Of a stretch of DNA of 315 nt, positions 1-315 are shown piece by piece. This DNA is from Escherichia coli (GTDB lineage Bacteria > Pseudomonadota > Gammaproteobacteria > Enterobacterales > Enterobacteriaceae). The notes beneath the pieces are model-generated. The model did no database searches and had not been told where the DNA came from. It saw only the letters and a list, made by a program, of their open reading frames with translations. Position numbers and translations under genes: made by a program. The stretch lies in NCBI RefSeq assembly GCF_003334765.1, contig NZ_QOWT01000145.1; one strand, written 5' to 3'. The number at the start of each line of letters is the position of its first letter. Position 1 is the first letter of the stretch.

Positions 1-122
1 ACCCCCGCCGATCTCGATTATCTCCGGCAGTTCGACAGGGAGTGTATCGAACGAAATCTCAGTCCAGGCGGCAGTGCCGATTTGCTAATTGTCACCTGGT
101 TTTTAGCGTCCCTAACCGGGCG

Positions 123-134
123 CTGAATCATTAA
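123..134 (+). promoter_or_regulatory. Candidate Cra (FruR) operator-like site, TGAATCATTAAT, in the leader just upstream of the RBS
   Basis: Seen in sequence: gcTGAATCATTAAT; against the Cra consensus as I recall it (TGAAWCSNTHHW, left half GCTGAA most conserved) it matches 11 of 12 positions, with the left half GCTGAA fully present at 121-126. Established knowledge: acnB is reported to be Cra/FruR-regulated. Consensus matching done by eye only. Confidence 0.35.
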
Positions 135-141
135 TATATCC

Positions 142-145
142 GGAG
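142..145 (+). promoter_or_regulatory. Shine-Dalgarno / ribosome-binding site of acnB (GGAG), 6 nt upstream of the ATG
   Basis: Seen in sequence: cGGAGttaactATG, a purine-rich core with canonical spacing to the only start codon in the frame. Confidence 0.8.
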
Positions 146-151
146 TTAACT

Positions 152-315
152 ATGTTAAAAGAATACCGTAAGCATGTAGCTGAGCGTGCCGCTGAGGGGA
201 TTGCGCCCAAACCCCTGGATGCAAACCAAATGGCCGCGCTTGTAGAGCTGCTGAAAAACCCGCCCGCGGGCGAAGAAGAATTCCTGTTAGATCTGTTAAC
301 CAACCGTGTTCCCCC
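152..315 (+). CDS. acnB: Aconitate hydratase B (bifunctional aconitase 2 / 2-methylisocitrate dehydratase), N-terminal fragment; 3' end lies beyond the window (54 complete codons 152-313 plus 2 nt)
   Basis: Seen in sequence: ATG at 152-154 is the only ATG/GTG/TTG in this frame after the in-frame TAA at 113-115; GGAG at 142-145 sits 6 nt upstream; the frame is open to the window end; Leu is mostly CTG, as in enterobacterial coding sequence. Translation MLKEYRKHVAERAAEGIAPKPLDANQMAALVELLKNPPAGEEEFLLDLLTNRVPP matches my recollection of the E. coli AcnB N-terminus (MLEEYRKHVAERAAEGIAPKPL...) at all but residue 3. Recognised from memory, not from a database search. Confidence 0.93.
   Translation, partial: MLKEYRKHVAERAAEGIAPKPLDANQMAALVELLKNPPAGEEEFLLDLLTNRVP

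Larger units (their letters stand above)
1..151 (+). promoter_or_regulatory. Non-coding acnB upstream region (promoter plus 5' leader); exact transcription start and hexamers not resolvable from sequence alone
   Basis: Inference from position directly upstream of the acnB start, and from the absence of any credible coding frame here (no ATG on the + strand in 1-151). Established knowledge: E. coli acnB is transcribed from its own promoter in the intergenic region upstream of the gene and is regulated by CRP, ArcA, Cra/FruR and Fis. No strong TTGACA-N17-TATAAT pair is visible. Confidence 0.6.

Noticed and set aside
1-10. C-rich runs at both window ends (acccccgccg at 1-10; ccccc at 311-315)
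   Set aside because: The 3' run simply encodes Pro-Pro of AcnB. The 5' run is short and has no partner structure, such as a G-rich complement or a terminator stem followed by a U-tract, within the window.
25-75. 7-bp direct repeat CGGCAGT at 25-31 and 69-75, 44 bp apart
   Set aside because: Roughly three exact 7-mer repeats are expected by chance in a 315-bp window. The flanks do not extend the match, and there is no target-site-duplication or iteron-like context.
42-134. Possible upstream ORF from GTG at 42 to TAA at 132-134 (30 codons) on the + strand
   Set aside because: The only SD-like purines (AGGGAG, 36-41) abut the GTG with no spacing. The region is expected to be promoter or untranslated leader, and there is no composition or codon-usage support. 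Most likely a chance open frame.
278-300. Cluster of three 6-bp palindromic restriction sites: EcoRI GAATTC (278-283), BglII AGATCT (289-294), HpaI GTTAAC (295-300), which looks like a synthetic polylinker
   Set aside because: The segment is in frame with the acnB reading frame and encodes conserved AcnB residues (EEFLLDLLTN). My recollection is that the native E. coli acnB sequence contains this same stretch. It is best explained as coincidence within natural coding sequence, not a cloning scar.
112-303. Minus-strand 63-aa ORF from the six-frame track ([63 protein letters not shown])
   Set aside because: It lies entirely antisense to the acnB RBS and N-terminal coding region. Its first codon is TTG (reverse complement of caa at 301-303) with no recognisable SD. 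The product is a low-complexity, Ser/Ala/Asn-rich sequence typical of antisense read-through of a GC-balanced gene, while the opposite strand encodes a highly conserved protein. A real overlapping antisense gene cannot be excluded from sequence alone, but nothing supports one.

Overview
This 315-bp window is the promoter-proximal leader and 5' end of acnB (aconitate hydratase B / 2-methylisocitrate dehydratase) from an Escherichia-like enterobacterium. The + strand has a single ATG at 152, preceded by a GGAG Shine-Dalgarno with 6-nt spacing, opening a frame that runs to the window edge without a stop. Its translation, MLKEYRKHVAERAAEGIAPKPLDANQMAALVELLKNPPAGEEEFLLDLLTNRVPP, matches the AcnB N-terminus as I recall it. 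The six-frame track missed this gene because the ORF is cut by the window edge; the only ORF it lists (112..303, minus strand) is antisense to acnB and is almost certainly spurious. Positions 1-151 are non-coding and should hold the acnB promoter and leader. I see a plausible Cra/FruR-like operator at 123-134 and a short palindrome across the start codon, but no convincing sigma70 -35/-10 pair. I find no mobile element, CRISPR, RNA gene, or sign of a novel system: this looks like an ordinary core-metabolism locus, and the findings below are modest regulatory observations.
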